Origin: Minisyncoccota bacterium
Lineage (GTDB): Bacteria > Patescibacteriota > Minisyncoccia > Phycocordibacterales > Phycocordibacteraceae
NCBI GenBank assembly: GCA_041660025.1
Contig: JBAZXD010000002.1
Coordinates: 68,635-132,634 of the forward strand
Reading direction: 5' to 3'
Length of the DNA stretch: 64,000 bases
Numbering within the stretch: the first letter of the stretch is position 1; each line of letters opens with the position of its first letter. Below are positions 36,547-50,039 of the stretch, piece by piece. The notes beneath the pieces are model-generated. The model did not search any database. It was not told where the DNA came from and saw only the letters and a list, made by a program, of their open reading frames with translations. A program made the translations under genes and the position numbers.

Positions 36547-39500
36547 ATGCAAAAGAAACTCGTCCAGAAGACCTTCGGTGCGTACCAGGCTCCCTCGGTT
36601 CCGTTCCCGGATCTCGTCGGCCACCAGCGGTCTTCGTTTGACTGGCTCCTCAAAGACGGACTCACCGAGCTCTTCAAGGAGTTCTCGCCGATCACCGATT
36701 ACTCGGGGAAGAAGTTCGAGCTGAAGTTCGAAGATTTCGAAATTGGCGAACCGAAGTACGACGAGCAGTTCGCGCGCGAGAATATGCGCACCTACGAGTC
36801 GCCGATAAAGATTACCGTCAAGCTCGTGAATAAGACCTTCGGCTCGGAGAAGTCGCAGGAGATATTTCTCACCGATATGCCGATGATGACGCCGCACGGC
36901 TCATTCATCGTCTCCGGCGTCGAGCGCGCCATCGTCCCCCAGCTCGCCCGCTCCTTCGGCGCGTTCTTCGTCTCCGAGCTTCTGCGCGGCAAGCCGTTCT
37001 TCGGCGCGAAGATAATCCCGCTCCGCGGCGTGTGGATCGAGATCGATTCAGAGGCGGACGGCGCCATTTTCGTGAAGATCGACCGGAAGCGAAAGTTCCC
37101 CATCACCCAGCTTCTTACCGTCTTCGGCGGAGGGCTTGGCGAGGCCGTGGCTAAACATTTCGCCAAGGACCCACTCGCCCTCTCGGCTATCAAGGCGACC
37201 CTCGAGCACGACGAAGCGAAGTCGATCGAAGAGGCCTATATCGAGATACACCGCCGTATGCGTGACGGTGATCTCGCCACGCCCGAGAACGCCAAGAATT
37301 TCGTGCAGTCGCTCTTCTCGGTCGAGCGCTACGACGTCGGCCGCGTCGGTCGCCATCGCCTCAACTCGCGCTTCGGTCTCCCTCTTAGCGAGAAGGCGCT
37401 CGAGAAGCGTGTCCTCACGCTCGCGGACTTCGTCCGCATCATTTCAGAAATTACGAAGCTGAACGCCGACCCTTCAGCGCGTCCCGACGATATCGACCAC
37501 CTCGGCTTCCGCCGCGTGCGGTTCGTCGGCGAGCTTCTCCAGGCGCGTATGCGCGTCGGTATGAGCCGTATGAAGCGCAACATCCAGGACCGTATGTCGA
37601 CCATTGAGAGCGAGACTACGCTCCCGACGGCGCTCGTGAATCCGCGCCCCTTCCACGCGTCGGTGCACGAATTCTTCACCGCCAACCAGCTCTCCCAGTT
37701 TATGGATCAGCAGAATATCCTCGCGGAGCTCGAGAATATGCGCACGCTCTCGGCGCTCGGTCCCGGTGGCCTAACTAGAGAGCGGGCGGGCTTCGAGGTG
37801 CGCGACGTACACCCCTCCCACTACGGACGCCTCTGTCCTATCCACACACCGGAAGGCCAGAACATCGGTCTTATCCTCCGGCTTGCGACCCACGCGCGCA
37901 CGAACGACTTCGGCGTTATCGAGACTCCCTACGTCCGCGTAAAGAACGGGAAGGCGACAAGCGAGATAGTGTACCTCAACGCGCTCGATGAAGAGCTCGA
38001 GTACATCGCCCACGGCGCGACCAAGCTCGACGAGAACGGCCGCATTGTCACCGACTCAGTCGAAGCACGCCACAAGGGCGACCCAATCATCGTCACGCGC
38101 GACCTGATCACGCTTATGGACGCCTCGACGTATCAGATGTTCTCCATCGCCACGTCGATGATCCCGTTCGTCGACCACGACGACGCGAACCGCGCCTTGA
38201 TGGGTTCGAACATGCAGAAGCAGGCGACGCCGGTCCTCATCCCCGAGGCCCCGCTCGTCGCCACCGGCATCGAGACCCACGCCGCGATGAGCACCGGCCG
38301 CCTCGTGCTCGCCACCGAATCAGGCGAGGTCACGCAGGTCGACGCCCGCAAAGTCATCGTGAAGAATAAGGAAGGGAAGTCAAAGGAATACCGTCTCCAG
38401 GGGCTTACCCAGACCAACCAGAACTCGGCATTTATGCAGAGGCCGTCGGTCGTGCTCGGCGACACAGTAAAGAAGGGCGACGTGCTCGCGGATAACTCCT
38501 CGACCGAGAAGGGCCAGCTCGCGCTCGGACAGAATGTGCGGGTCGCCTTCATGAGCTGGAACGGCGCCAACTACGAAGACGCCATCATCATCTCCGAACG
38601 GCTTGTCGAAGAGGCGAAGTTCACCACCGTGCATATCGAGGACTTCGATTGCGTCGTGCGCGACACGAAGCTCGGTCCCGAGACCACAACGCACGACATC
38701 CCGAACGTCGGCGAGCTCCGGCTCAAGAATCTCGACGAAGAGGGTGTTATCCGCATCGGTGCGGAGGTGCGCCCGGGCGACATCCTCGTCGGTAAGGTAA
38801 CGCCGAAGGGCGAGACCCAGCTCACACCGGAGGAACGCCTCCTGCGCAGTATCTTTGGCGATAAGGCAAAGGACGTGAAGGATACAAGCCTTCGTATGGA
38901 GGGAGGCAAGCAGGGGCGCGTCATCGGCGTACGCGTCTTCTCTCGCGAGAAGGGAGACCAGCTCGAGACCGGTATCATCAAGAAGATGGTCGTGACGGTC
39001 GCGCAGGTTCGTAACGTCTCGGTCGGCGATAAGCTCGCCGGACGCCACGGCAACAAGGGCGTCATCAGCCGCGTACTGCCGGTCGAGGATATGCCGTACG
39101 ACAAGGACGGCAATCCGATCGACCTCATCCTCACGCCGCTCGGCGTTCCGTCCCGTATGAACCTCGGACAGATCCTCGAGATGCACCTCGGACTCGCGGC
39201 ACACACACTCGGCTACCAGGCCATCGTCCCGCCGTTCGCAGGCGCGACTGCTGACGAGATCCGCGACGAACTCGTCCTCGCAGGGTTCGACAAGAGCGGC
39301 AAGATGCAGCTCTACGACGGCCGCTCGGGCGACGCCTTCGCCCAGACCATCGCGGTCGGCTATATGTATATTCTCAAACTGCACCATATGGTGGAGGACA
39401 AGATCCATATGCGAAGCATCGGTCCTTACAGCCTCATCACGCAGCAGCCGCTCGGCGGCAAGGCGCAGAACGGCGGTCAGCGCTTCGGCGAGATGGAAGT

Positions 39501-39723
39501 GTGGGCTCTCCTCGGCTACGGCGCCGCGTACACGCTCCGCGAGATGCTCACTATCAAGTCAGACGACATCCAGGGCCGCTCTGCCGCCTTCGACGCCATC
39601 GTGAAGGGAGAACCGATCAGCCACACGGGCACTCCGGCATCCTTCGCAGTCCTTACCAACCAGATCCGCGGTCTTGCGCTCGACGTCGAGCCGCTGAATC
39701 TGCCGCCCGAACCGGAGGCGTAA
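36547..39723 (+). CDS. rpoB: DNA-directed RNA polymerase subunit beta (compact, 1058 aa)
   Basis: Rif-region-like 'FFGAKIIPLRGVWIEID', 'LSALGPGGLTRERAGFEVRDVHPSHYGRLCPIHTPEGQNIGL', and a C-terminal 'GGQRFGEMEVWALLGYGAAYTLREMLTIKSDD'. Confidence 0.95.
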   Translation: MQKKLVQKTFGAYQAPSVPFPDLVGHQRSSFDWLLKDGLTELFKEFSPITDYSGKKFELKFEDFEIGEPKYDEQFARENMRTYESPIKITVKLVNKTFGSEKSQEIFLTDMPMMTPHGSFIVSGVERAIVPQLARSFGAFFVSELLRGKPFFGAKIIPLRGVWIEIDSEADGAIFVKIDRKRKFPITQLLTVFGGGLGEAVAKHFAKDPLALSAIKATLEHDEAKSIEEAYIEIHRRMRDGDLATPENAKNFVQSLFSVERYDVGRVGRHRLNSRFGLPLSEKALEKRVLTLADFVRIISEITKLNADPSARPDDIDHLGFRRVRFVGELLQARMRVGMSRMKRNIQDRMSTIESETTLPTALVNPRPFHASVHEFFTANQLSQFMDQQNILAELENMRTLSALGPGGLTRERAGFEVRDVHPSHYGRLCPIHTPEGQNIGLILRLATHARTNDFGVIETPYVRVKNGKATSEIVYLNALDEELEYIAHGATKLDENGRIVTDSVEARHKGDPIIVTRDLITLMDASTYQMFSIATSMIPFVDHDDANRALMGSNMQKQATPVLIPEAPLVATGIETHAAMSTGRLVLATESGEVTQVDARKVIVKNKEGKSKEYRLQGLTQTNQNSAFMQRPSVVLGDTVKKGDVLADNSSTEKGQLALGQNVRVAFMSWNGANYEDAIIISERLVEEAKFTTVHIEDFDCVVRDTKLGPETTTHDIPNVGELRLKNLDEEGVIRIGAEVRPGDILVGKVTPKGETQLTPEERLLRSIFGDKAKDVKDTSLRMEGGKQGRVIGVRVFSREKGDQLETGIIKKMVVTVAQVRNVSVGDKLAGRHGNKGVISRVLPVEDMPYDKDGNPIDLILTPLGVPSRMNLGQILEMHLGLAAHTLGYQAIVPPFAGATADEIRDELVLAGFDKSGKMQLYDGRSGDAFAQTIAVGYMYILKLHHMVEDKIHMRSIGPYSLITQQPLGGKAQNGGQRFGEMEVWALLGYGAAYTLREMLTIKSDDIQGRSAAFDAIVKGEPISHTGTPASFAVLTNQIRGLALDVEPLNLPPEPEA

Positions 39724-39745
39724 CTTTATTAATTCTTCTACCTTT

Positions 39746-43468
<3,723 letters not shown>

Positions 43469-43489
43469 TTTGAAAGTATAAAAAAGTTT

Positions 43490-43530
43490 AACGGCGCGGA
43501 CCTTTTCAGGTTTCCGCGCCGTTTTGGCTT
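43490..43530. terminator. bidirectional intrinsic terminator after rpoC
   Basis: AACGGCGCGGA-(12-nt loop)-TCCGCGCCGTT flanked by A-rich sequence 5' and TTGGCTT 3'. Confidence 0.6.
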
Positions 43531-43708
43531 AACAACGAAAGGTAACGAAAAGAAGAGAACCCCACGCCATGTAATAGAGCTTGTGGACTATCCCAGCCAA
43601 GAAGGCTGTTTCCGAACCTCCAAGTTGAGTACCGATAGCGCTATCGAGCAGAGAACCTACGACAGCACCGATGACTGCAACCACGATGAAAATCAGGCCT
43701 TTATTCAT
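43529..43708 (-). CDS. possible 59-aa small membrane protein (not in the ORF track)
   Basis: The minus strand encodes 'MNKGLIFIVVAVIGAVVGSLLDSAIGTQLGGSETAFLAGIVHKLYYMAWGSLLFVTFRC', with one clear TM helix. Convergent with rpoC. Confidence 0.3.
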   Translation of the reverse strand: MNKGLIFIVVAVIGAVVGSLLDSAIGTQLGGSETAFLAGIVHKLYYMAWGSLLFVTFRC

Positions 43709-43841
43709 GTTCGCTCCTTCTCTGGTGGCCGGACTGTGACCGAAATATTCGACTCACAAACGGCATGCAATCTAAGGGATAGGATAGCATAGTCAAGCAG
43801 TTTTGTCAAGCACGCGCAAAACGCGGTAGAATTGAGAAATC

Positions 43842-45530
43842 ATGGCGAAGGATACGGTGGCGGAGATTAAGGAGCGATTGAGCATTCAGGACATCATCAG
43901 TCCGTATGTGAAGTTGCGGCGGGCGGGGAGGTCGATGGTCGGCCTGTGCCCGTTCCATAAGGAGAAGACCGGTAGCTTCCACGTCAGTCTCGAGCGCGGG
44001 AGCTGGCACTGCTTCGGCTGCGGGGAGGGTGGCGATGGTTTTTCTTTTATTGAGAAGATAGAGGGGGTAGATTTCAAGGGCGCGCTGAAGATGCTCGCCG
44101 AGAAGGCGGGCGTCACTATCGAATATTCTGGTGGTGGCAATAAAGAAGACGCGACGAAGAAAGAACGCCTGCGCGCCTTGATGAGTCGCGCGAGCGAGTG
44201 GTACGCGGGTAAGCTCGCGGGCAGTCCCGCTGAAGCGTATGCGAAACAGCGCGGCTTGACCCCCGAGACTATTGCCACGTGGCGCCTCGGCTATGCGCCC
44301 GAGGCGTGGCGCGCCCTGCTTGAAGCGTTCACGGCCGAGGGATTCTCGGTAGATGAGCTTCTCGCCGCAGGGCTTATCAAGGAGGCGGATGGGAAGCCGG
44401 GCACCTACTACGACCGATTCCGCAATCGGCTGATGTTCCCGATACGTGATGCCGCCGGCCGTGTCGTCGCTTTCACCGGACGCGCGCTCGCGGCGGATGA
44501 CCTCGCGAAGTATCTCAATTCTCCAGAGACCGAGCTCTACCACAAATCCGAGATTCTCTTCGGCATGGACTTCGCGAAGGATGCGATACGGGTGCGTAAG
44601 TTCACGATGCTCGTCGAAGGACAGATAGATGTACTCCTCGCACACCAGGCCGGATTTCAGAATGCAATTGCGCTCTCGGGTACGGCGCTTTCAGAAAAGC
44701 ATCTATCTCTGATGAAGCGGTACAGCGAGAATTTGATGCTCGTTCTCGACGCCGATGCCGCCGGCCTTACCGCGACCGCGCGGTCGTCCGCGCTCGCGCT
44801 TCGCGAGGGGTTACGTGTGAAGGCGGCACGGCTCCCGGCGGGGAAAGATCCGGCAGAGCTCATCAGCGAAGACGCAAAAGATTTTGCGAAGCGTGTTACC
44901 GAGGCGAAACCGATTGTAGATTTTTTTCTTGCGGAGCTCGCAGAAAAGGAGAGCGATCCGCACCGGCTCTTGCGCGTGGCAGAGCATATCGTGCTCCCGC
45001 TCATCGCGGCGATGCCGAGCCCGATGGAGCGTGAACATTTCATACAGGCGACTGCGCGCTCTCTCTCGCTTTCGGGTGAAGCTGTCCGTGAGTCGCTTAA
45101 GCGCCTACCGAAACTTCAGGAAGCCGGCGGTAGTACTACCATACAGAAGCCAATGGCATATTCCGTGCTCTCAGCGCGAAAGGCACGAGAAGAGCAACTC
45201 CTCGCCGTTGTCCACGCTTACCCTGATACGCCCCTTGCCAAACGCATCAAAATTGAGTATTGTCGAATTACTGAAGCTCAGGAGTTGCCGCTCGCTACGC
45301 CTCCGGAATCGGCCCTGTTCTATGCGGAACAGACATTCGGCGAAGGTTCGGACAGTGATGCGGCAAACGAGCTTCTCCACGCCTTTGAAGAAGCGGTTAT
45401 CCGCGAGGCGTATCAGGGAGCAGTAACAAACCTACGAAGAGCCGAGGCTGCAGGGGACGCGGCCGCGGTTGCAGTTGCACAAGCGGTGTGCACCAAGCTC
45501 TCTGCACGTCTCGCGTCGCTCGGGGGCTAA
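43842..45530 (+). CDS. dnaG: DNA primase
   Basis: CHC2 Zn finger '[34 protein letters not shown]', and Toprim '[33 protein letters not shown]...LVLDADAAG'. Confidence 0.92.
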   Translation: MAKDTVAEIKERLSIQDIISPYVKLRRAGRSMVGLCPFHKEKTGSFHVSLERGSWHCFGCGEGGDGFSFIEKIEGVDFKGALKMLAEKAGVTIEYSGGGNKEDATKKERLRALMSRASEWYAGKLAGSPAEAYAKQRGLTPETIATWRLGYAPEAWRALLEAFTAEGFSVDELLAAGLIKEADGKPGTYYDRFRNRLMFPIRDAAGRVVAFTGRALAADDLAKYLNSPETELYHKSEILFGMDFAKDAIRVRKFTMLVEGQIDVLLAHQAGFQNAIALSGTALSEKHLSLMKRYSENLMLVLDADAAGLTATARSSALALREGLRVKAARLPAGKDPAELISEDAKDFAKRVTEAKPIVDFFLAELAEKESDPHRLLRVAEHIVLPLIAAMPSPMEREHFIQATARSLSLSGEAVRESLKRLPKLQEAGGSTTIQKPMAYSVLSARKAREEQLLAVVHAYPDTPLAKRIKIEYCRITEAQELPLATPPESALFYAEQTFGEGSDSDAANELLHAFEEAVIREAYQGAVTNLRRAEAAGDAAAVAVAQAVCTKLSARLASLGG

Positions 45531-45568
45531 TCAAACCATTTTCATTTTATTTCATTGTATTTTTTAGC

Positions 45569-46810
45569 ATGGCGAAATCTGTTGCAAAAAAGAAGAAAGC
45601 CGCAAAGAAGCCCGCAAAGAAGCGAGTTGCTAAGCGCGCGCCTGCCAAGAAGAAAAAGCCGGTGAAGTCGAGTCATAATAAGGCGAAACACGCCGCGAAG
45701 AAGATTATCCGCACCGCAGTGCGCGGTGCGAAGGCAAAGGCGAATACGCAGAAGGCGCTCTCGGCGGAGACACTTATCGAGAAGGGAAAGGAGCGCGGCT
45801 ACGTCACCTACAGCGAAATCCTGAAATCGTTCCCGCACGTCGAGGACGATGTCAGCTTCCTCGAATCGCTCTACGAACGGTTCGCTATCGCGGGCGTCGA
45901 CGTGCTCGAGGGTGGGATGCTCGAGGACGCCGCCGACGAGTATCTCGCCACGCGCAACATCAAGGACCGTCACTCCACCGGCTATGATTCCATTCAGATA
46001 TATCTCCGCGAGATAGGCCAATACCCGCTTCTCACCGCCGCCGAGGAGCGCGAGCTCGCGAAGCGCATCGAGAAGAGCGACGCGGAGGCGCGCAACATCC
46101 TCGCGCGCTCGAACCTGCGCCTCGTGGTCTCTATCGCGAAGAAGTATGTCGGCCGCTCGCCCGACCTCACCCTGCTTGATCTTATTCAAGAAGGGAATCT
46201 CGGCCTGTTCCGCGCCGTAGACAAGTTCGATTGGAAGAAGGGGTACAAGTTCTCGACCTACGCGACGTGGTGGATCCGCCAGGCGATTACGCGCGCCCTA
46301 GCCGACCAGTCGCGCACCATCCGCATCCCCGTGCATATGGTGGAGACCATCGCTAAATATAAGCAGATATCGCGCCGCCTCGCGCAGGCGCTCGGCCGCG
46401 ACCCTCAGCCGGAGGAGATTGCAGTGGAGATGGGTGTCGAGCCGGAGAAGATATATCAGATAGAGAAGATTAATCAGGACACGCTCTCTCTCGAGAATCC
46501 GGTCGGGAGCGACGACGACGATAAATCGACACTCGGCGACTTCATCCCCGACGATAAGATCCCCTCGCCGGTACAGGAATCCTCGGAGCGCATCCTCTCT
46601 GAGCAGGTGAAGGCGATACTGAGCGACCTCTCGCCGAAGGAACGCAAGATTTTGGAAATGCGCCATGGGCTCATGGACGGCATTTATCACACGCTGGAGG
46701 AAGTGGGGCGCGAGTTCGGCGTGACCCGCGAGCGCATCCGCCAGATAGAAGCGAAGGCGCTCGAGAAGATCCGTACCCACGACAAAGCCCGCCACCTGAA
46801 ATCGTACTAG
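45569..46810 (+). CDS. rpoD: RNA polymerase sigma-70 factor
   Basis: Lys-rich N-terminus, region 2 '[41 protein letters not shown]', region 4 '[45 protein letters not shown]'. Start at ATG 45569, in-frame with the longer track ORF. Confidence 0.92.
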   Translation: MAKSVAKKKKAAKKPAKKRVAKRAPAKKKKPVKSSHNKAKHAAKKIIRTAVRGAKAKANTQKALSAETLIEKGKERGYVTYSEILKSFPHVEDDVSFLESLYERFAIAGVDVLEGGMLEDAADEYLATRNIKDRHSTGYDSIQIYLREIGQYPLLTAAEERELAKRIEKSDAEARNILARSNLRLVVSIAKKYVGRSPDLTLLDLIQEGNLGLFRAVDKFDWKKGYKFSTYATWWIRQAITRALADQSRTIRIPVHMVETIAKYKQISRRLAQALGRDPQPEEIAVEMGVEPEKIYQIEKINQDTLSLENPVGSDDDDKSTLGDFIPDDKIPSPVQESSERILSEQVKAILSDLSPKERKILEMRHGLMDGIYHTLEEVGREFGVTRERIRQIEAKALEKIRTHDKARHLKSY

Positions 46811-46826
46811 AGGGTATACTCCTCCC

Positions 46827-47762
46827 ATGAGGAGAAAGAAGAAAACGGTAAAAAAGGGGAAGAAGCTCTTGCCCATCAAGCACTGGAGCCATTCGAGCTT
46901 GATGGCGTTTTTGAGGAATCCCTTGGCTTGGTACAAGCGCTACGTGGAGGAGATATATGACGCGCCCACGACGCCCGCGGCCGTCATCGGGAGCGCGGGG
47001 CACCTCGCGCTGGAGCATTTCTACCTCCAAGTGAGTGAGTGCCAGAAGAACGCTTCAGAGCGCTCTTCTGGCCGAGCGAACGCCGGAGGCAACACTTCCT
47101 TGGAGAAGTGTTATAAGGGCGCGCCGAAGGATATCGCGATACAAAAAGGTCTCGAATACGTACGCAACGTTGCCGACTTCGAGATTAATCTCGGCAAAGC
47201 GAAGAGCAAACGTGCGAAGAAGGAAAAGCGTAAGCACATGGAAGAAGAGTATCTGCGTGCCATCGGGTATTACCTCGCGCGGCCGCCGCGGCACAAGGTG
47301 CTCGGGGTCGAGGTACGAGGTGTTGTGGAGATAGAGGGGGTCCCGCTCCCCATCAAAGCGATTTCAGACCTGGTCGTTGAGTCGCGCGTAGAGAAGGGCG
47401 CGGTGGACATCGTGGACCATAAGTTCGTCGCATCGTTTAGCAAGGGAGGCGCCGCGAAGTCCCTTTTCATCGTGCAAGCGATTTTCAATTACTACACCGT
47501 GAGCGTGATGTTCGGGAAGCCGGTGCGGCGCTTTATCGTCTACGAATGCAAGAAGACGCGGAACGCTGACGGGAGTTCGCAGATGAAGCGGTATGAAATA
47601 GATTTCGCGAAGCACGCACAGGACTTCAAGGTCTTCCATCGGCTCATCAACGATGCGACGGCAGAGATATCTCGACAACGCGTGTACCTCCCGAACCCGT
47701 CCGATATGTTCGAGGGCGACAACTCGTTTGATATTTATCGGCTTGAATTGGTGGACGATTAA
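46827..47762 (+). CDS. PD-(D/E)xK nuclease, Cas4/RecB-like, stand-alone
   Basis: N-terminal 'HWSHSSLMAFLRNPLAWYKRY' (Cas4/AddB-like motif I), and a catalytic core 'ISDLVVESRVEKGAVDIVDHKF' with D...E.K spacing. Confidence 0.6.
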   Translation: MRRKKKTVKKGKKLLPIKHWSHSSLMAFLRNPLAWYKRYVEEIYDAPTTPAAVIGSAGHLALEHFYLQVSECQKNASERSSGRANAGGNTSLEKCYKGAPKDIAIQKGLEYVRNVADFEINLGKAKSKRAKKEKRKHMEEEYLRAIGYYLARPPRHKVLGVEVRGVVEIEGVPLPIKAISDLVVESRVEKGAVDIVDHKFVASFSKGGAAKSLFIVQAIFNYYTVSVMFGKPVRRFIVYECKKTRNADGSSQMKRYEIDFAKHAQDFKVFHRLINDATAEISRQRVYLPNPSDMFEGDNSFDIYRLELVDD

Positions 47763-48421
47763 TTTGCAAGCGCTTCGTCGATAAGTTTCTTTACCGCGTC
47801 GTAGGGGTAGGCGCCTGCCATCTCGATCGGCGGCTTGCCGTCAACGAGGATGAGCGAATAAGGGGTACCCCGGGCGTCCATATCGAGCGCATTCTGGCGG
47901 TCCGCCAGAATGCGCGCCTCAACAGTGGTGGAGGCGCTTGCGAAGCAGGTCGCGAACGCGTCGCCCGAGATACCCACTGAAGCGGCGAGCGTGCCGTAGC
48001 TTCCGGTATCAGCCGGTTGGTTCGCGAAGAGCGCATCACTGAACTTCCAGAAGACATCATTGCCTGCGACGGAGGCGGCACACTCGGCGGCGCGCGCGTG
48101 GGTAAGCGCGTTCGGGTGTATCTCGATGAGCGGGAATTGACGGAAGACCCACGCGACGTCGCCGTCCGCGCCTTCGTTCGCGATGACTTGATGCAGAGTA
48201 TCGTGGAAATCTTTGCAGAATTCGCAGTCGAAGTCCGAGTACTCAATGATCATAACCTTCGCGGCGGGATTTCCGAGGATATGGTCGGCGGCGCCGACTG
48301 GCCGTACAAGCGAAGGGTTGCCGATGTTCGTCGGCGTCTTCGGCACCGAGGCGTAGAGCGCCCCGGCGACGATGACGCCCCCGAGGATAATTGCCAGAGG
48401 GATGGTGTAGGACGACCGCAT
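47759..48421 (-). CDS. DsbA-family thiol:disulfide oxidoreductase
   Basis: N-terminal TM anchor, then 'MIIEYSDFDCEFCKDFH' (CxxC) and 'ARGTPYSLILVDGKPP'. Start at internal Met 'MRSSYTIPLAII'. Confidence 0.8.
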   Translation of the reverse strand: MRSSYTIPLAIILGGVIVAGALYASVPKTPTNIGNPSLVRPVGAADHILGNPAAKVMIIEYSDFDCEFCKDFHDTLHQVIANEGADGDVAWVFRQFPLIEIHPNALTHARAAECAASVAGNDVFWKFSDALFANQPADTGSYGTLAASVGISGDAFATCFASASTTVEARILADRQNALDMDARGTPYSLILVDGKPPIEMAGAYPYDAVKKLIDEALAN

Positions 48422-48497
48422 GTCCCTATAGAGTATCAAAAAAAAGCGCGCGGGTAACTTACCCACGCGCATAACCTTTCCTAGAGCTTCATTCTTT

Positions 48498-48830
48498 TTA
48501 ATTCGACAGAAACTTTCCGATCGGTGAGACCAGGAAGTAGCTCACGCCGACCGCTATCATCACGCCGACCAGAGCACTGGCGAGCGAGTAGCTAGCACAC
48601 AGCAGTATCCAGAATGCCCACGGATAGGCGTGGCCCTGGGGGACAAGGTGCGGCGTATAAAGTACTACGCCGAAAGCCAGTATCGCGGCTGTGTACAGGA
48701 TGGTGCGACCATCCCACACAAGGACAAGCCGCCGCCTGTTTTGAGTCGCGTCGGCGCCCATACAGCCGTGCATGAAGCCGAATGTCACTATCGCCAACCA
48801 GATGGCGGATAACCCGATGTTCTGTAGCAT
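48498..48830 (-). CDS. small multi-pass membrane protein (hypothetical)
   Basis: Three or four hydrophobic helices. ATG at 48830 is preceded by a strong AGGAAAGGAGG RBS; the track ORF starts two codons upstream at a GTG. Confidence 0.5.
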   Translation of the reverse strand: MLQNIGLSAIWLAIVTFGFMHGCMGADATQNRRRLVLVWDGRTILYTAAILAFGVVLYTPHLVPQGHAYPWAFWILLCASYSLASALVGVMIAVGVSYFLVSPIGKFLSN

Positions 48831-48952
48831 CTTCACCCCTCCTTTCCTATGTCCATCTTAATCCGCAGAGTGCGGGTGGCGGGGAATCCGCCGGAACTAC
48901 AAGCCGGATTGCATTATATAGATAAAGATTTCTTTGTCAATTAAAAAACAAA

Positions 48953-48982
48953 AACGCGCGGAGGGATGCCCCGCGCGTTTTT
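48953..48982 (-). terminator. intrinsic terminator for the minus-strand membrane-protein gene 48998..49324
   Basis: AACGCGCGG-AGGGATGCC-CCGCGCGTT. On the minus strand it is followed by TTTTTGTTTTTTAATT. Confidence 0.6.
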
Positions 48983-48997
48983 CCAAGCTGTTGTCGG

Positions 48998-49324
48998 CTA
49001 CTTGCCGCTCTGTAAAGCCGAGCGTTGTTTAAGACCGAGCAGCTTGAAGACGATGCCCCAGAAGTAAAACGAAGCTATCGTCATCGCAATCTCGACAAGT
49101 GCGGAGACGGTATAGTACATCCACAATGACAGACCAGGATACCTCTCAGTCATCGTAAACCCAAACAGTACCGCCCCTACCCAGTACAGACCGAAAGTTG
49201 CCCCCAGCATCATCGGGAGATCCTTATCCGGTTCATTGCTGTTGTACTGGGAACGAAAGGCGCTTCCCATTACCAGCACGGAAATGAGCATTGCTAAGAA
49301 TCCAGCTTCCCCAAACGTCAACAT
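48998..49324 (-). CDS. small multi-pass membrane protein (hypothetical)
   Basis: 108 aa with three hydrophobic helices. No family recognised. Confidence 0.5.
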   Translation of the reverse strand: MLTFGEAGFLAMLISVLVMGSAFRSQYNSNEPDKDLPMMLGATFGLYWVGAVLFGFTMTERYPGLSLWMYYTVSALVEIAMTIASFYFWGIVFKLLGLKQRSALQSGK

Positions 49325-49447
49325 ATAATTCTCCTCCGAGAAATCTCTGTCCCGCAGAGCCGGTGAGCGAAAGATTCGCTAAACAATCAATCTAAAGGCA
49401 GTATAGGTAAAAATTTCGTGTCGTCAACGTACGGCGCCGGAGCTTTT

Positions 49448-50035
49448 CTAGAGCGGGAAGGCGTGGGTCATTGCCGGCGCGAGAGAAGCGCTGGTAGGAA
49501 CAATCCAGTGGGAAGTGTCGAGCTTGATATCGCGGATGTCGCGCAGGTCTTTGTATTTCAGCACGCCATGATTGAGCGCATAGTCGTAGAGCTCGCGCGT
49601 GAGGCGGACGTCCTCGATACAGTATTCGGCGACCTTGTCTCGCTTACCCTCCTTCCACCACTCGCCGGCCTTGAGTCCGTCGCCTTTCTTCCCGCGACCG
49701 AGCGTGGCTTCAGCGAGCGACTGGAGCCGGATACGGCGGCCGAGCACCTTCTGCACCTCGGAGAGCAGGTCGAGCGAGCGGATGTGGGAGAGATTGCCTG
49801 GGTAGTAGCGATTCAAAAGCGGGATGTCGAACGTGTCGGAATTGAATCCGATGAGCTGATCTGCGCGTTCGAGTATTGGCCAGAGCCGAGGGAGCTCTTC
49901 TCTGAAGTATGAGGAATATTCGCCGGTCTCCGAGTCGTGGATGCCGACAACAGTGAGTTCCTGCTGATTCACGTCGATATGGCCGCGCACCACGGAATCG
50001 GAAATGGATTCAATATCGAAGGTGATGGCGCGCAT
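49448..50035 (-). CDS. DEDD-family 3'-5' exonuclease (RNase T/D- or DnaQ-like)
   Basis: Exo I 'AITFDIESI', Exo II 'LIGFNSDTFDIPLL', Exo III 'VAEYCIEDVRLTRELYDY' (DEDDy-like). Confidence 0.7.
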   Translation of the reverse strand: MRAITFDIESISDSVVRGHIDVNQQELTVVGIHDSETGEYSSYFREELPRLWPILERADQLIGFNSDTFDIPLLNRYYPGNLSHIRSLDLLSEVQKVLGRRIRLQSLAEATLGRGKKGDGLKAGEWWKEGKRDKVAEYCIEDVRLTRELYDYALNHGVLKYKDLRDIRDIKLDTSHWIVPTSASLAPAMTHAFPL

Positions 50036-50039
50036 AGGA

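Noticed and set aside
48837-48950. Riboswitch in the 5' leader of the membrane-protein gene 48498..48830 (e.g. fluoride/crcB motif)
   Set aside because: Small hairpins are present (GGCGG-attcc-CCGCC), but no match to the conserved fluoride, c-di-GMP or other riboswitch cores I can recall. The downstream protein is not CrcB-like.
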